Assembly: GCA_000708835.1 (NCBI GenBank)
Contig: DF237434.1
Span: 1-64,000 of the forward strand
Length of the DNA stretch: 64,000 bases
DNA from: Klebsormidium nitens
Taxonomy: Eukaryota; Plantae; Klebsormidiophyceae
Direction of reading: 5' to 3'
The translations under genes were made by a program, and so were the position numbers. The notes under the pieces are model-generated. The model made no database searches. It saw only the letters and a list, made by a program, of their open reading frames with translations, and was not told the origin of the DNA. Numbering within the stretch: position 1 is the stretch's first letter; each line of letters begins with the position of its first letter. Below are positions 1 through 13,000 of this stretch, in pieces.

Positions 1-2103
1 TTGGAGGGTAGGCAAGTCCGTAGTGTCTTCCCAGGGGGTGATTCGAGTGTGTTCGATCACCCCCCAGTCACAGACTTTACTAAAAGCGGCCCCTGCCTAT
101 TTCCCCCAGTCGTTCGCAATATTCACGCCATCTTGCTCGCGCGCATGCGGTCCCTGGGGGTGCGAAACTTGGAACTAGATCCGGCTGATTATAATCCGTG
201 GCGTCAACGCTATCGACAATCCCCTTAGCTGGAGGGAGAGTGACCATTACCATGTCATTCCGATCCGACCGTTCACCCATTTGTTGACCGGATAGAGCTT
301 GCCGCTTGCGGTTCAGGTGCAGCTGCCAGCCCCCAGCGCAATGCTTGAAATGTGAGAGAAGAACTAGTAGAAGCTTCTGAAGCGGCAACCGCACAGCATT
401 GCCCTCTGGACCAGCGAGGATTCGTTGTTTGAGTGACAAGTCCTTCTTGCAAACTGCTGTGCCGCCAGCTTGCCAGCAGAAACTTCACAAGCCGGCAGGG
501 ATTCTTACAGCGTTTGGGTTTGTGGCATTACCTTAGCACAGCCCTATGGCATCTATAGCGCAGCTTCAAGGGCGGCTGAGCACACCATGCTGTGGGCCAG
601 TCACTAGAAACACAGCGTCGCATGGTACAGAGAGCGCCGCCTGTCCCGTTGGCTTTGTTGGGCTTCGAAGGTGAGACGCTCATGGGCCCTTGTTGTAAGA
701 AGAACGTCGCACACTTTTATCTAGCTTGTCGGGTCTGCAAAATGCTGCCGGTCTTGATGCTTCGACGAAGTTGTGTGAACCAGTCAATGCATTGTGTTGA
801 CGAATCATGTGGGCGTGGAAAAAGAACATCGGGGAGAGACTTGTGATCATCCCTGCTTAGCAGGGCCAGTCTTGCATTACTAAGCAATGACAGGTCTGTC
901 TCATGATTGTTCAAGACGTGCTGGCTGTGTTATCAAAGACTTGGACAGCCCACCACTCTGCCATCGGGCTCGCTGTTGCGCTGTGTCATTGGTAGAAACT
1001 GCGTCACTTTCTGGAACATTTCATTTCAGTATGCCAGGCTAGTCTGGCACCCCTGGTTAGAGTTAAGGTTGCTAGCGGTGGGGATTAGTGGCTTTCAACA
1101 TTGCAAAGTCCTTCATTGGAGGAGGTTTACACCCAAGTGACTTCAAGGAATAAGCTACTCTTAGTAGTTCTCCCTAGGCCCCCCAAAATGCCATTCTCAC
1201 TTGCTTCGAGAGTAGACCGTGAGATGAACTCAGCTCAGGTAGGGGCTTGAACGTCCAAGATATGACCGTGCGCATCTGCGTTGGCCCCTGTAGGCAAGCA
1301 CACTCCGTAACAAGAAGCTTGCGGTGGCACTCAAACGGGCCAGCCAGTAGACGGGACAGCCGACCGAGCCTCACCGTGCGGGCTGCGGATGCCACTTTTG
1401 GGGGCAGCGCAGAAGGTGCAGGTGCGCCTCTTAATTGTTAAACCGGACTCTCATCCTTACGTCTATCGATGCGCTTTGTGAAGTGTTATATCGTCCCGTT
1501 ATTCTAGATTGCACCTTTTGCCCAAGAACATCAAGCCTGCCGCTCTAATGGTGTGTCAGAAGAAGAGGATGCTTCAATTCAAACCTGTCTAGCTGCATAT
1601 ACTCAGTTTCTCAGACCTTTTAATGAGAGGACGGGACATCGATATTGACAACTGGGTGAAAACGGTTTGTCTTTTGAGGCCAGTATTGGAGCACGACTAA
1701 GTCCTGGTGCCTCTGCCAGAACTTGCATACTATGCCTGAGGCCTCTGAAGGGAAATTCTTCAGTTGCTTTACCCTTGTTGGTATCAATGCAGTCCGCAGT
1801 TCACGCGTTGAAGTCAAAACGAAAGCGCTCAATGTACACCCAGACTCTTGTTTCCAGGTCGTCGGTTTTCTTTCGAGAAACAGAAGAGGGCAAACCGGGA
1901 CAGTCAAGTCCTTAGGAATTTGTCAATTGCCATTACGGCCCCTCAACAACTCAAACGAGGGACCAGGCAATGGCTGTGCTTGCGGATCTAAGTAAACACC
2001 CTGTAGACCTTTCGTAACACGTGCGGTTGCTTAACAAGAGCTTTGAAAGTACATACTTGTAGAAGATGTTTGCAACAAGCTTGGCGTTCCTTCCTACTTG
2101 CAG

Positions 2104-5100
2104 GCGGCCCTCCACCCGTCTTCCCTCGCATCAAAGTGCGGGATCCGTACAAACGCCTCGGAATCGACGCTGACGCCACCGCTGAGGAGGTGCAGGAAGC
2201 GCGCAACTACTTGTACAAGCAGTACGAAACGCACGAGCCGAGCCGGGAGGCGATTGAGTGGGCGTATGACAAGATCATTGCGCAGGTAAGTCTGACTTGT
2301 GCAGGCCATTTGTATCTACTTCTCGTGACAGAGTGTCCCGTCCCCTCCCTGCGTGTTTAAAAGATAATTTGTCGGTGCAGAAAACAATACGTTTTTGTGG
2401 AGTGCCGAATCATAGGTCAACCGATGGAGAAGCCCAAGAGGAGGTATGCCTCTTGGGACGATGAGCACGGCAGATACGGATCTTCAAGTTCGTAGAAGCT
2501 CAGGAGGACTCTAAAAGGGTTTTCTCAAGTGCAGAGACGTGAGAGCAGGCAAGCGCATCAAAAAGACTACATAACCAGGATGTTGAATTTTGAAAAGGAA
2601 GCGGAACCGTTGCAGAACCTGTACAAGGAGACGAGTTTTTGTTTCTTCGAAACTCTCTCTTTGGTTCTTGGGAGCAGAGAACCGCTAGGCGACCTTCAAA
2701 GCAGATGTATTGTCCTTAGCTAGAAAAGCACACAAGGACTTCTTGCAGTCACAGCCTCAGAAGCACGAACTTGTTGGCTTTTCGTGTGCCCTCAGAACCT
2801 CAAGTCGCAAGCAGCACAGGAAGCATCCCGCCAAAGCGGCCAGATCCGCGAACTTTCGGTCTTCTGAGTCGTGAGATCCAGCCCAGATTGTACAAGCACA
2901 TTAGCGGCAGGAAGCGCGGAACGAATCCTACGCCACTCAAATCGACAGATCCATCTCCACAAGATAAAATCAAACTCAAGGCTCGCACAACCAAAACGGT
3001 GCGCACAGCCTCAAGAGCCGCAAGAAGCGCAGAAAGGTATTCCACGTAGCTTTCCATTCGAAACACCACGAGATCCCTGAGGACTTGGGATGACGCTTGC
3101 AGAACCTCAAGAGCTGAAAGGCGTACGAGTGTCACTGTAAATCGGATCGGCAAAACGCCGCTTACGGAAGCCCGTAACCTTGCAGTCCTGATTCCCCACA
3201 ACCCTATGATAAATGTCAAGTCCCTGCCCGTCCGCGAAACCTCAAGAGCCACAAGAAGCTCAGGACGGTATTCCACGTAGCCTTCGAAACGCCGCTTACG
3301 GAGATTACGGAAACCCGTAATCTTGCAGTCCTGATACCCCAACACTCTTGAGATTCTAAACCTCAAGTCCCTGCCCGTCCGCAGAACCTCAAGAGCCGCA
3401 AGAAGCGTGGGATGAACCTGAAGGCGGGGCTGGCCAAGAAGGAGGACCCGCTCATCCCCACCCCGCAGTTCGTCAAGGACTTCTTCAACAGCATCAAGAC
3501 CCCCGCGACTGACGTCATCCTGAAGCGGCTCGCGCTGTACGTTGGGTTTGCAGCGTGGAGTGTGCTGCAGTCGTCGGAACAGGGCCCGGCCTTCCAGGTG
3601 AGCGTTGGGTTATATGTGGGCTGTTACGAGAGGCCCTGTTTTGCTTGGGTTGGGTTTGCATAAGCGGACAGAGTGTGCTGCAATCGTCGGAACAGGGCCC
3701 GGCTTTCCAGGTGAGATTCAGGCGGTTTGAGGGCTGTAACGAGAGGCCTGTTTTGCTTAAGCTGATTTCGTTTGGGCAGACAGGGTGCCGCGATCGTCGG
3801 AAAAGGGCCCGGTCTTCCAGGTAAGGATCGGGCGGTTTGTGGGCTGTGACGAGAGATCCTGTTTTGCTTCGGCTGATTTTGTTTGGGCAGACAAAGTGTG
3901 CTGCATTTGTCGAAACAGGGCCCGGCTTCCAGTTGGGGATCAGGCGGTTCGTGGGGTGGGCTGTGACGAGAGGCCCTATTGTGCTTCCGTTGTTTTTGGT
4001 GGGCAGACAGAGGATGCTGCGGTTAGCAGAACAGGGCCCGCCTTCGTAGGTGGGGGACTAAGGGGCTTGTCGGTTGATTGGATTGGAGAGGCCCTGTTTG
4101 AACCTTGAATCTGGTCATTGCACGGTCGATCTGAGATGCCTTGCCGTTGGCAGAGCAGGGTTCGCCCTCAAAAACTGTGAGGGGAGGGGTTTGCTGGTGG
4201 TTGCGGGATGAGGCTCTGTTTGGCCTCGGATGTACTTCGTGTGTTTAGGCGGCGTCTGTTGCAATCGGCCAGACGAAGCGCTCCCGTTTGAACTCCTCCC
4301 CCCCTTTGGAGGAGGCCAAGATCTTGGTTACCCTCACACAAACGATCCTGTCGATCGTGTTGCTTCAGCATCAGGCTGAAGTAACCTTCCCGTGTGAATC
4401 GTTGTTTTGCTTGCTATCGTCACCGCAAGTTTCTCCTGCTACCATTGTTTCCCCTGCGAGGCCCTGCCGTTCCTTGCGGAGTCCGCAAGGCTGAATAACA
4501 ATGGGGGTCTGAATGCGAGGGATTTGCAAAGGGCAGATCCACCGTGCATCTCAACCGGGGCCCGACGACGTTGGTTCGAGAGGCTTGTGGCCAAGAGCAG
4601 TATTTCAAAAGGTATTCTACGGGGTCGACATGACGGAACTGGGTCCGATCTCGTGATGGAAACAGAGTCTTCTAGTACATGCTGAGACCAGCTGTTTGTG
4701 GCCCTCTGCAGCTTTTTGTCGCCCTTGCTACGACTGTCTACTTCCTGAAAGAAAAGACGCAAAAATGGCCTCGCTCGATCGGGCTAAGGTGAGGCATTGA
4801 CACGGGTCTCCTCTATAGTGTCTTTTATTGGTGACTGCTTTGGGCCCGCATCAGTGTATGATAATCATGTTTGTAAGTCGACCTGTACTCATCCAGACGC
4901 ATTTGCGGTTTCGTTGTGTGGCAGATTGGTTTCATTGAACGAGTCAATCTTCATATTTCTTTCACAACGGCACTTCTTTCTAGAAGTGTCTCATTAGGGG
5001 CTTTGCTGGCGATATCGACCACATCTCTTCTCCTGCATTTGCCCCCACCCGCTTCCATCACTCCACCGGCCGCGCTGTGGATACATATCGACAGCCGCCC

Positions 5101-5399
5101 TCGGAAAAGACCTTCGGAGCCACGTTTTCGCTAAGCCTTTTATGCTTCGCCCCTCCCCAAGTCCTGGAAATCATGAAACTTATCAGGGAGAATGTAAAAG
5201 CATTTCGACATCCAAGAACTGCAGTTCTCAATTCGCTCTCTCGTCGTGCAGTCTGGCGGCCCTTCTAGGGGGATGGTTCGTCGGCTCCGTCGTTCCCGTC
5301 GCTCTTGCCGCATTCATCCCGCCGACGCTGGGGCCCGAGTTGATCGCGGCGCTGTTCGCGTACGCCTTCCTTTGGGCGGCCGTTGTGTTCTTGAACTAG
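2104..5399 (+). CDS. CPP1: CPP1-like (chaperone-like protein of POR1, DUF3353) J-like plastid membrane protein
   Basis: In-phase GT-AG exons 2104-2285 (VFPRIKVRDPYKRLGIDADA...IEWAYDKIIAQ), 3385-3597 (NLKSRKKR...WSVLQSSEQGPAFQ), 4712-4788 (LFVALATTVYFLKEK) and 5252-5399 (LGGWFVGS...FLN*). These match recalled plant CPP1-family motifs (DPYKRLG, GPAFQ). The 5' transit-peptide exon(s), about 1670-1991, are unresolved. The paralog within the family is uncertain. Confidence 0.85.
2790..3410 (+). repeat. Degenerate tandem copies of the CPP1 acceptor junction (gcag|AACCTCAAGAGCCGCAAGAAGC)
   Basis: Variants of AACCTCAAGAGCC(G/A)CAAGAAGC occur near 2796, 3005, 3103, 3238 and 3358, and at the real exon start 3385. 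Spacer blocks also recur (gtattccacgtagc, gccgcttacgga, ttgcagtcctgat). Confidence 0.85.
3540..4060 (+). repeat. Array of about 113-bp units copying the CPP1 exon end plus donor
   Basis: The unit ends in CAGGGCCCGGCYTTCCAG|GT. Donor positions are 3598 (real), 3711 (GTGAG), 3821 (GTAAG), about 3933 (GT lost) and 4050 (GTGGG). Confidence 0.9.
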
Positions 5400-6538
5400 A
5401 AACGTACTTGAATACTTGAAGAGAGACTGTCCTCCTGTTACAAGGACGCCGATTTTAACGGGAACATTTTTTGAAACCAGGAGTCCGGAAAGTCATGCTC
5501 GAATGAGGAGGGCACATGGTTTGTTCTCAACTCTCAACTGGCGACCGTTGAGATCTTGAGAAGGAAAAAGTATGTCGGGAGTTGGAAAATAGTCTGACGT
5601 TGGAAACGTCTAAAGTCCATTCTACGAAGATGACCCTCATGGGATTGTGCTCATAATCACCAATAAAATGTTTCTTCCTAGTCGCTTTTTGATTCATCGC
5701 CTGATGGAAATGTTGGACGGCCAGCGCAGGTTGTGTGGTGTGGTTGACCTATAATCGGATCGGGGGTGTGCTTAATTTCGTTTTATGAGGCTCCTTAGTA
5801 AAAAAGGCCGGCAAATGCATACCTGCAAGCAATTATGAGCTTATATCCATTTCACGTGGACGAGAAACTGCGTCATTATACCGTCCGCCGGGGCGCATGA
5901 ATGATTGAATCGATGAGAAATTCTTGAAGAATTTACGACTCGGAGCAAAGGGGGTTCGAAGGTTGCACCACTGTCTGTTACGTGTCCCCACTGGCCCTCA
6001 GTTGGCATATTTGGATGCAACTTGGAATCAGCTAGAGGCGCATTTACCATGCACTTCGGTGCACCTCAAGCCAGACGGCCAAATGAATGACATGATTCGC
6101 ACTGTATCACCAAATCAAGGTCGTCGGTATGGCCGCCCAGAATCAGGCCCGGGCCTCAGACTGTCTCTCTCGACACATCCCCGCATGCAATTTAAGGAAG
6201 TTTGGCATGAAGTCTTGAGCCCGACAGTCGTTCTTTGCGCTCTAGCTTTGATCGACAATGGACACAGATCTGTTCAATCACACATCACTCTTGACTCTGA
6301 GGGGATCCCTCCAAACGGCAAGCCTTGCGCAAAACCGCGAACTCCAGCCACCACCGGGGGGATGGGTGGGGCCAAGTAGGTTAAGGAATTTAGGTTGGGG
6401 ACAACTCGAACTACACCAGCAGATTAACACTGGGTTTAGGCCAGGTACACACCTTGGTTTGTTTGACCGGGGAAGTGATCGAATGCAACCGAGACTGGGC
6501 AATCATGTGCCACTGCTTCAGTAGTGCGACAGTAGTCA

Positions 6539-6874
6539 GAGCGGGGACAAGGAGAATCGGTACCGGACGGAAGCTAAGGCTAGGGGCTGTTGGAACCCTC
6601 AACGTGACGTCAGCCTTAGGTTGCTATGTCTTCTTGTCTGCTATCGGCCGTCCAAATCTCAGCTACACAGCATCCGACGGTCTGAGGTGCGTTCGCAACC
6701 CTAACTCAGGATACAGGCAATTTGCAGATCGCAGCCCGTCGGATAACCACTCATACAGGATCTAACGCTTCAGAATCGGAGAGGTCCAGCTTTGGGTTGT
6801 CATGAGGTCAACCGCAAATCCAACAGGCCCCAGCCTTAGCTTCCGTCCGGTACCGATTCTCCTTGTCCCCGCTC
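6539..6874. mobile_element. Non-autonomous DNA transposon (MITE), 336 bp
   Basis: 56-bp TIRs at 6539-6594 and 6819-6874 (GAGCGGGGACAAGGAGAATCGGTACCGG...) with 2 mismatches. A perfect 5-bp direct repeat AGTCA flanks it at 6534-6538 and 6875-6879. No transposase is evident internally. Confidence 0.9.
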
Positions 6875-9800
6875 AGTCAGCATCCTCGCGGCGTTGGGGC
6901 GGCATTCACCACTGGCTGCTTAAGCACAAGCAGAGCGAAAGTCAGAAGGAGATCTGCAGGCCGCGCTTCGGGCCCCAGCTTCAAGAGCTGAAGGTGGGTC
7001 CGGGCCTGCCTAAAGTGTTCTCTCGCGTTTCCTGAATTATTCTTGAATAGAACGGCGATCACGGGTTATGGCAAGTCGCCGAAGTTGGGCTGAAGCACCT
7101 GCCAGTGGTGGTTGCTTCCTGAGTTTAGGTCACTTCGTGGAGGTTTGATGCATATGATGGGACCACCATCTGCATCATGAGACCAAGGATGTCTCTCCTA
7201 ATTGAGCAGCCTGCAGTTGAACAAAAACAGGCTGCCAATTTTGGTCAACTCATTCAGAAAGTTAGAAGCTGCGATTAGAAGCTGCGACTATCCCTAAGAT
7301 CAATACTACCAAGGTGTTGTATCCAGGCAAAGGAGTGAGGACCGAGTAGCAACGGATACACCGGGGATTTTTCTGCACAGCAACCTCGCTCATTTTGCTC
7401 TAGCTTCTTTTGAGAGATTATTCCCAGCCTCTCTCGAGATGTGACTTTCATCTCTGCCTGTTGTCTCGCTTTGTCAGCACCGCCATCTAAGCTGGCCAAT
7501 GCTTAGGCCAAGTACTGCTTCCTGCTTAGGAGACAAGGTCTGGACAGACATGAAGGCCATCTAATCAGGCCTTCTTCCTGATTGCAATACAGTCTGTCTT
7601 CAGCTTCTTTGTTCACATGACATCATCAGTGGTCGCCAGGTTAAGGTTCGTCGCTGTCAGCTTTGTGATTTCACTCTAAAAGTAGACGAGTATGGAATGG
7701 CCTCCTTCCTTTGCAAACCCAGAAACCGAATGATTAGCCGTATCACCGCCTCTACTCACAGCACTTTTCCAAAACTTGAGGCGTTCTCCTTTCAGAGATG
7801 GCCACTTATACCGCCGAGATTGAGTACGTGGCAAGAGGCGAGGAGCCGATGGTGTTTACAGTGCAATGTGTGGCCGGACCAACACCGGAGGAGACGGTGG
7901 AGGAGTTCGCCAGTGAGCTCTGAAGATCCCCTTGCTGCAGTCTGGACGGGCACGACACTGTCTTTCTTGAAGAGGCTGTGCTTTCAGACTGAAACCGCTG
8001 AGCACCCTTGCCTTCCATGATGTGCCTCTTTCTTGCATCCAAGCAGTATGTATATAGACGCCTTCTTCCTGCCTCCAAGTGGAGACCTGAGCTGTAACGC
8101 CCGGGAAACCCCTTCGTTCCCACGACTTTCTCAGTTTTCACTTTTTTTTGCAGGTCGGTGCCTAGATAAGTGCAGGCAGTCTACCGATCTTCCGGAGGGT
8201 TTCTTGGCCAGAGTGATTCTGCCCCACCGCGGGGAGATGCTGCGGCTCGACCGGGGGTCCTGGTCTGCCCCCTGCTCCGGTAGACTCATATCTTGACTGG
8301 TGATCTTTGTTTGTTTTCATCTGACTTGCAAATTAGTGACTTGCAATCAAGCAGAAGATTCCCTCACCGTTGACAACGCATGTTGTTAGAGATACATTCT
8401 TGTCACTCTGCCGCTGCCTGCAACACTTCTGACAAGGATCATGAAGGTCAGGTTTCATTCTTCAAACTGACGACTGGCTTGATTGTTTGCAATCAAGAAC
8501 TGACGGCTTTCAAATCTTTTTGAGCCTGACTAGCACTCTTTTCCAAGCGACTAGAAAACAAACAGCGAGAAGATTCCCTGAAACTTCCCGTGTTTTCGGG
8601 GAAGCATTCGTGTCATGCTGCCGCACTCTTCAAACCTTTCTGGCAAGTACGGAGATCGATCTGCTTTTTGATCAGAAAGTGACGCCTGACTTTCTTTGCG
8701 TGACAAGACAAGAAAGGTGCGGGTACTGCCGCTGGGTCTGTTGAAATCATTTCGCCGTTCAGTGCAATATATCTTGATCCTGTTGACACAGATACGATTC
8801 TGACCTTTCTAAGCAGAAATGCGAAGTTGCTTGATTAACTCTGAGTTTCTACCACGCGCCTTTTGCAAGTTCGTCGATTACGCTGAGGTCCTGACTGTTG
8901 CACACGGTGCTTTTCTCCAGTGGTGCTTGATGACAGCCTCTCGACTGTGAAGGTCACCATCGTTGACCGGGAAATGAACCGGCACATGAAGAGTGTTCGT
9001 GAAACTTTTGCACGGAGACCATTGTAAGGTCACCGTCGAAGCAGACTGCAAAAGGGATAAGGCTGCCAGGTTCGGTGATAGACGATGTACAAAGAAGCAC
9101 TGTAAAGCTGCCCCCCCAATAGAGGCAAGTGCTGTCCTCGAAAAGCCGCGCCACCCATTTTATAGAAGTACATGGTTTACGACATTAAACATCTCCCGCG
9201 TTGCACTTTCTTGTTGTATTGCACGCTGCCAAACGCATGCACGTATTTGTACAGGACTTGACGATCCGCGATCAGGCCAACGTCTGTGGATCCGATCAAA
9301 TTTGCGCGTGAGCTTTGATGATGGGCAGGCTTCGAGATTGCGGATACAATTGTTGTGACAGACATGAGTACACCTCGGCAGCGCCCCTAGCTAGACGCAT
9401 AATCGTATGCTGCACACAGTTATAAGTAAAAACGATGTCAGCTACTTATACGCATGCAGTTCAATTCAAATGACCAAAGTTCAAGGTTGCTCGCGTGCTC
9501 TAGTACGACTGAGCGGAATGATTCTAGCTAGACAAGAGGCCTCACGAACCGTTCAGTGGGCACTCCGGTCATATCATGGCATCAATTATGGACATTCTTC
9601 GGGCCAATCTCCACGTTGAAAAGCTGCACTTAAAGTTAGAAAGATCGCGACCGCTTATATAGGTGCATGCAATAAGTAGATCGAAATGCCTTTAGGCAAC
9701 CTGCGTAGCAGCCCGCCACTTCACACAAGGCGCCCTCTCAGAAGTGTTGGCAAAGGCCGGTACGTGGGCATCTTATCAAAGAGTTATGGCCTTGAAATAG

Positions 9801-10001
9801 GGCCGCCGGCGGTCTTCACTTGATGGAGGACGAAAGGGCGATAGTAAAGTCTGATGCCTTGTGTTTCGAAATTCACTTAAGATGGATGTGCGCAAGATCA
9901 CGTGCACTCACGCCAATAGAATCACGAAGTGAGACAAAGCCGCCCTTCTAATCTTGGGAGGCAACCGGTCTGGCTTCCGATACTAGTCCCTATACAAACC
10001 C

Positions 10002-13000
10002 TCAGCTTTGTTCCTTTTGTTTCTTCTCCTTCGCCAACTTCTTATAATCAACGTTCGGGTCGAAATCGTCGTCGAAGTCCGCCTCCAAGTCCTCCGCCTC
10101 AAACTCCAAGAAGTCTTCCAACGTCTCGAACTCTTCCGCATCTTCTAAGTATGCATCCTCTTCGTCCCACACCCACTCCTCATCCCCCTCTTTCGCAGCC
10201 TCCTCTCCGCCCCCCCTTTCCGCGGGCTCGATCGCCCCCCCCATTGCATCCTCGTCCTCCTCCGCCCAGCCCCGTACTAAAGCTTCCGCTTCCGCCAGTC
10301 TTCGACCGGACGCCCCTCCCGCATCTTTCCGTTCCGAGCTTTCTTCCGCGTCTCCCGAATCAATGCTCTCAACTCGCAACTCCCGCTCTTCGCCCCCAAC
10401 TGCCGCTTCTTGCTTCATCGCCCTAGCAACTAGACCCGTCCACTCACTTTCCAAGTCGCTTTCTTCGTCGTCCTCTTTTGACACGCTCGTACCCGCCGCA
10501 GCCCCCGTGCTGACGTCATCCTCCACAGCGCCGCCGACCTGTGCACTCGTACCGACACCCTCTGTGCCGACATCACCCACCTCCCCGCTGACGTCTTCCT
10601 CCTCGTCTCCCCACTCTACTTCGTCGTCCTCTTCGATTTCCTTCAACAATCCCCGCACCGCTTTCTCGTACTCCTCAATCGCCGCCAGCTTCTCCGGGCT
10701 CCACGCGCCCGGCCGTAGCCTGCTGACGTCACCCTCCCCGCCCGCTGACGTCACCCCCTCCTCGGCCCGCCTCAGCGCGCGGTGCGCCAGGCTCAGCTGC
10801 TTGCACAGCCGCTTGAACGTCGCACGGTCGGTGCGCAGCTCCGCCGCCTCCATGTCCCGGAACGCGCTGATGACGTCAGCATACTGCCCGCCCCCGAAGA
10901 GCGCGTCGAGGACCGCCGTGTAGGTCGCCTCGTTAGGCGGCACACCGGCATCGTTCATGTCCTGGAGCCCATCCATCATTGCCCCGTACTGACCCGCTTT
11001 TCCTAACCCGTACACGAACGTGGTCCACAACCGCAGGTCGGGCGCTAACCCGTCCTCCTTGACCCGCGCAAACCACTCCCGCAGTTTCGCCTCGTCCCCG
11101 GCCAAAGCATATGCCGTAACCATAGTGGTGTAGACCTTCAGGTTAGGCGCATAACCGCTCGCCCGCATAGCCCTAACCGCGTCTTCCATCTCCTCGAAGC
11201 GCTTGCAATGGCCGTAAGCGTCGACGATCACCGCGTGGGTTACGGAAGTCAGCCCTAACCCAGCTTCCTGCATTTGGCCAACTAGCATGGCGATGTCGTC
11301 ACCCTCGCCGGCCTTCCCGGCAGCCTGGATGAGGCTCGTGTACGTGAACGCATTCGGAGCCACACCGCTGTTGACCATTACTTCAACGATGCTGCCGGCC
11401 TCTGCAACAGAAAATGAAACGAAATAAGCTCACCGTTATTTCAGGCTTTATTTTTTGCATCTTTCCAATTTAAGAACGCGTTTGGGGTTACGCCGCTGTT
11501 GACCATCACTTCAACGATGCTGCCGGCCTCTGCAAAAGAAGACCAAATACTGTAAGATTCTTCAGGCTTGGTTTTTGCGTGTTTCCAATCGTACGAATGC
11601 GTTTGGGGCCACACCGCTGTTGACGATCACTTCGACGATGCTGCCGGCCTCTGCAAAAAGAGACCAAGCGAGTTAAGCTAACCGACATCTCAAGCTTAGA
11701 CCTAGGTAATTTTCTACCAGAAGAATCTGAATCATATCCTGAACGCCGCTGCCAGCGTCTAACGAGAGAGCAGAGAACTAATCAAAATGTTGGGAAAATC
11801 TCGGACGTGTGTCATTTTGAGGAGAGTCGCAAGGTGTCTTCCATGGCAAGGGCAAATGCAACAACAGCCGCTGTTGACCAGACAAAAGATCGACGATGCT
11901 GCCAGTCTCTGAAAGAAACGTCGAAGTTGCCAGTCTCTACAACGGAAGGCAGGAAGCTCAGCTTCTCGCAACCTTTGACCTTGATTACGCCTTTGACCTT
12001 GATCACGGGATTCCGCTCAGAAGCTGCTCGTGACCCGCGAAACAAAGCGACTTAGCAAGGGAACGGTAAACGATGTAATCTATCACTGCCGCTATCTCTC
12101 AAGCTGTAGAAACGCTCCGTGCCGTTCAGCCAAGCTTGCTCGAACCAACCCGGATGATCAGACACAACGCACTTCATTGGAGCGTACTGCTCAGCACAGT
12201 GCACGTCCTCACTCCAAAGCCCCTCAGTTTAGCAAAGGGTTAATTCACTCAGTCCAGTAATGGTTCATATCGCGCATGGCGTTTCAAGCGAGTTCGACCG
12301 GTCTGAATCCACTCGCTGTGCCGAAAGTGCGGAACACGAAACCTCGAATTATCCAGCAGTATACCCCCGAGATCTATGAACGAGCCCACCTGTGTAGTCC
12401 CCGATCGCCGCGCACGCCGCCACGAGCGCCGAATACGTCACCACGTCCGGTTCGTACCCCGCGGTACGCATGTCGTAAAACACGCTTAGCGCCTCGTCAT
12501 ATTGCCCGCACCGCCCGTACGCGTCAATCATTGCGGTGTATAGCGTATTGTCCATCTTCTGCTTCTTCCGCTTCATGTCGTAAAACATCGTCTCAGCCGA
12601 CCGCCAGTTCCCGGCCCGCGCGTAGAGCTTGATCATCTCGGTGTAAATGTACAAGTTGGGGGAGTGCCCTGCTTTGCCCATTTCCTCCAACACGCGCTCT
12701 GCCTCGGCGACACGGTTGGCTGCGACGCACGCGTGGAGGAGCGAGCTGTAGACGACGAGATCGCCTTTCAGCCCCGAGCGCTCCATCCTGTGGCAAGTCG
12801 AGAAATTGACGTCAGCATAATCCTGGCAGGTAAGAGCATGAGCATGCACGTCGTAAGGGCGTAGACCACAGACAAAGGTTATATTTATCCCGCAGAAAAT
12901 AAGAAGATCAGGTCGCAGTGGAATCCGCAGCGCACGGGGAAGAACGGGTTGTTGACGCTGCAAAGATGATCTTCTTTCCGGAAGCAAGGAAGCAAAGACA

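Noticed and set aside
80-1400. Minus-strand ORF fragments vaguely like a P-element/THAP transposase, or exons of a gene leaving the window
   Set aside because: Motif order is inconsistent with that transposase and no in-phase exon chain could be built. Left unresolved.
7261-7288. Short tandem duplications (here; also about 11975-12003 and 18061-18095) and a (GC)n tract near 48477-48492
   Set aside because: Ordinary slippage products with no further structure.
9929-11006. Long plus-strand Pro/Ser-rich ORFs
   Set aside because: Antisense shadows of the GC-rich PPR exon. The same applies to 32556-33329, 35830-36471 and 57494-58492.
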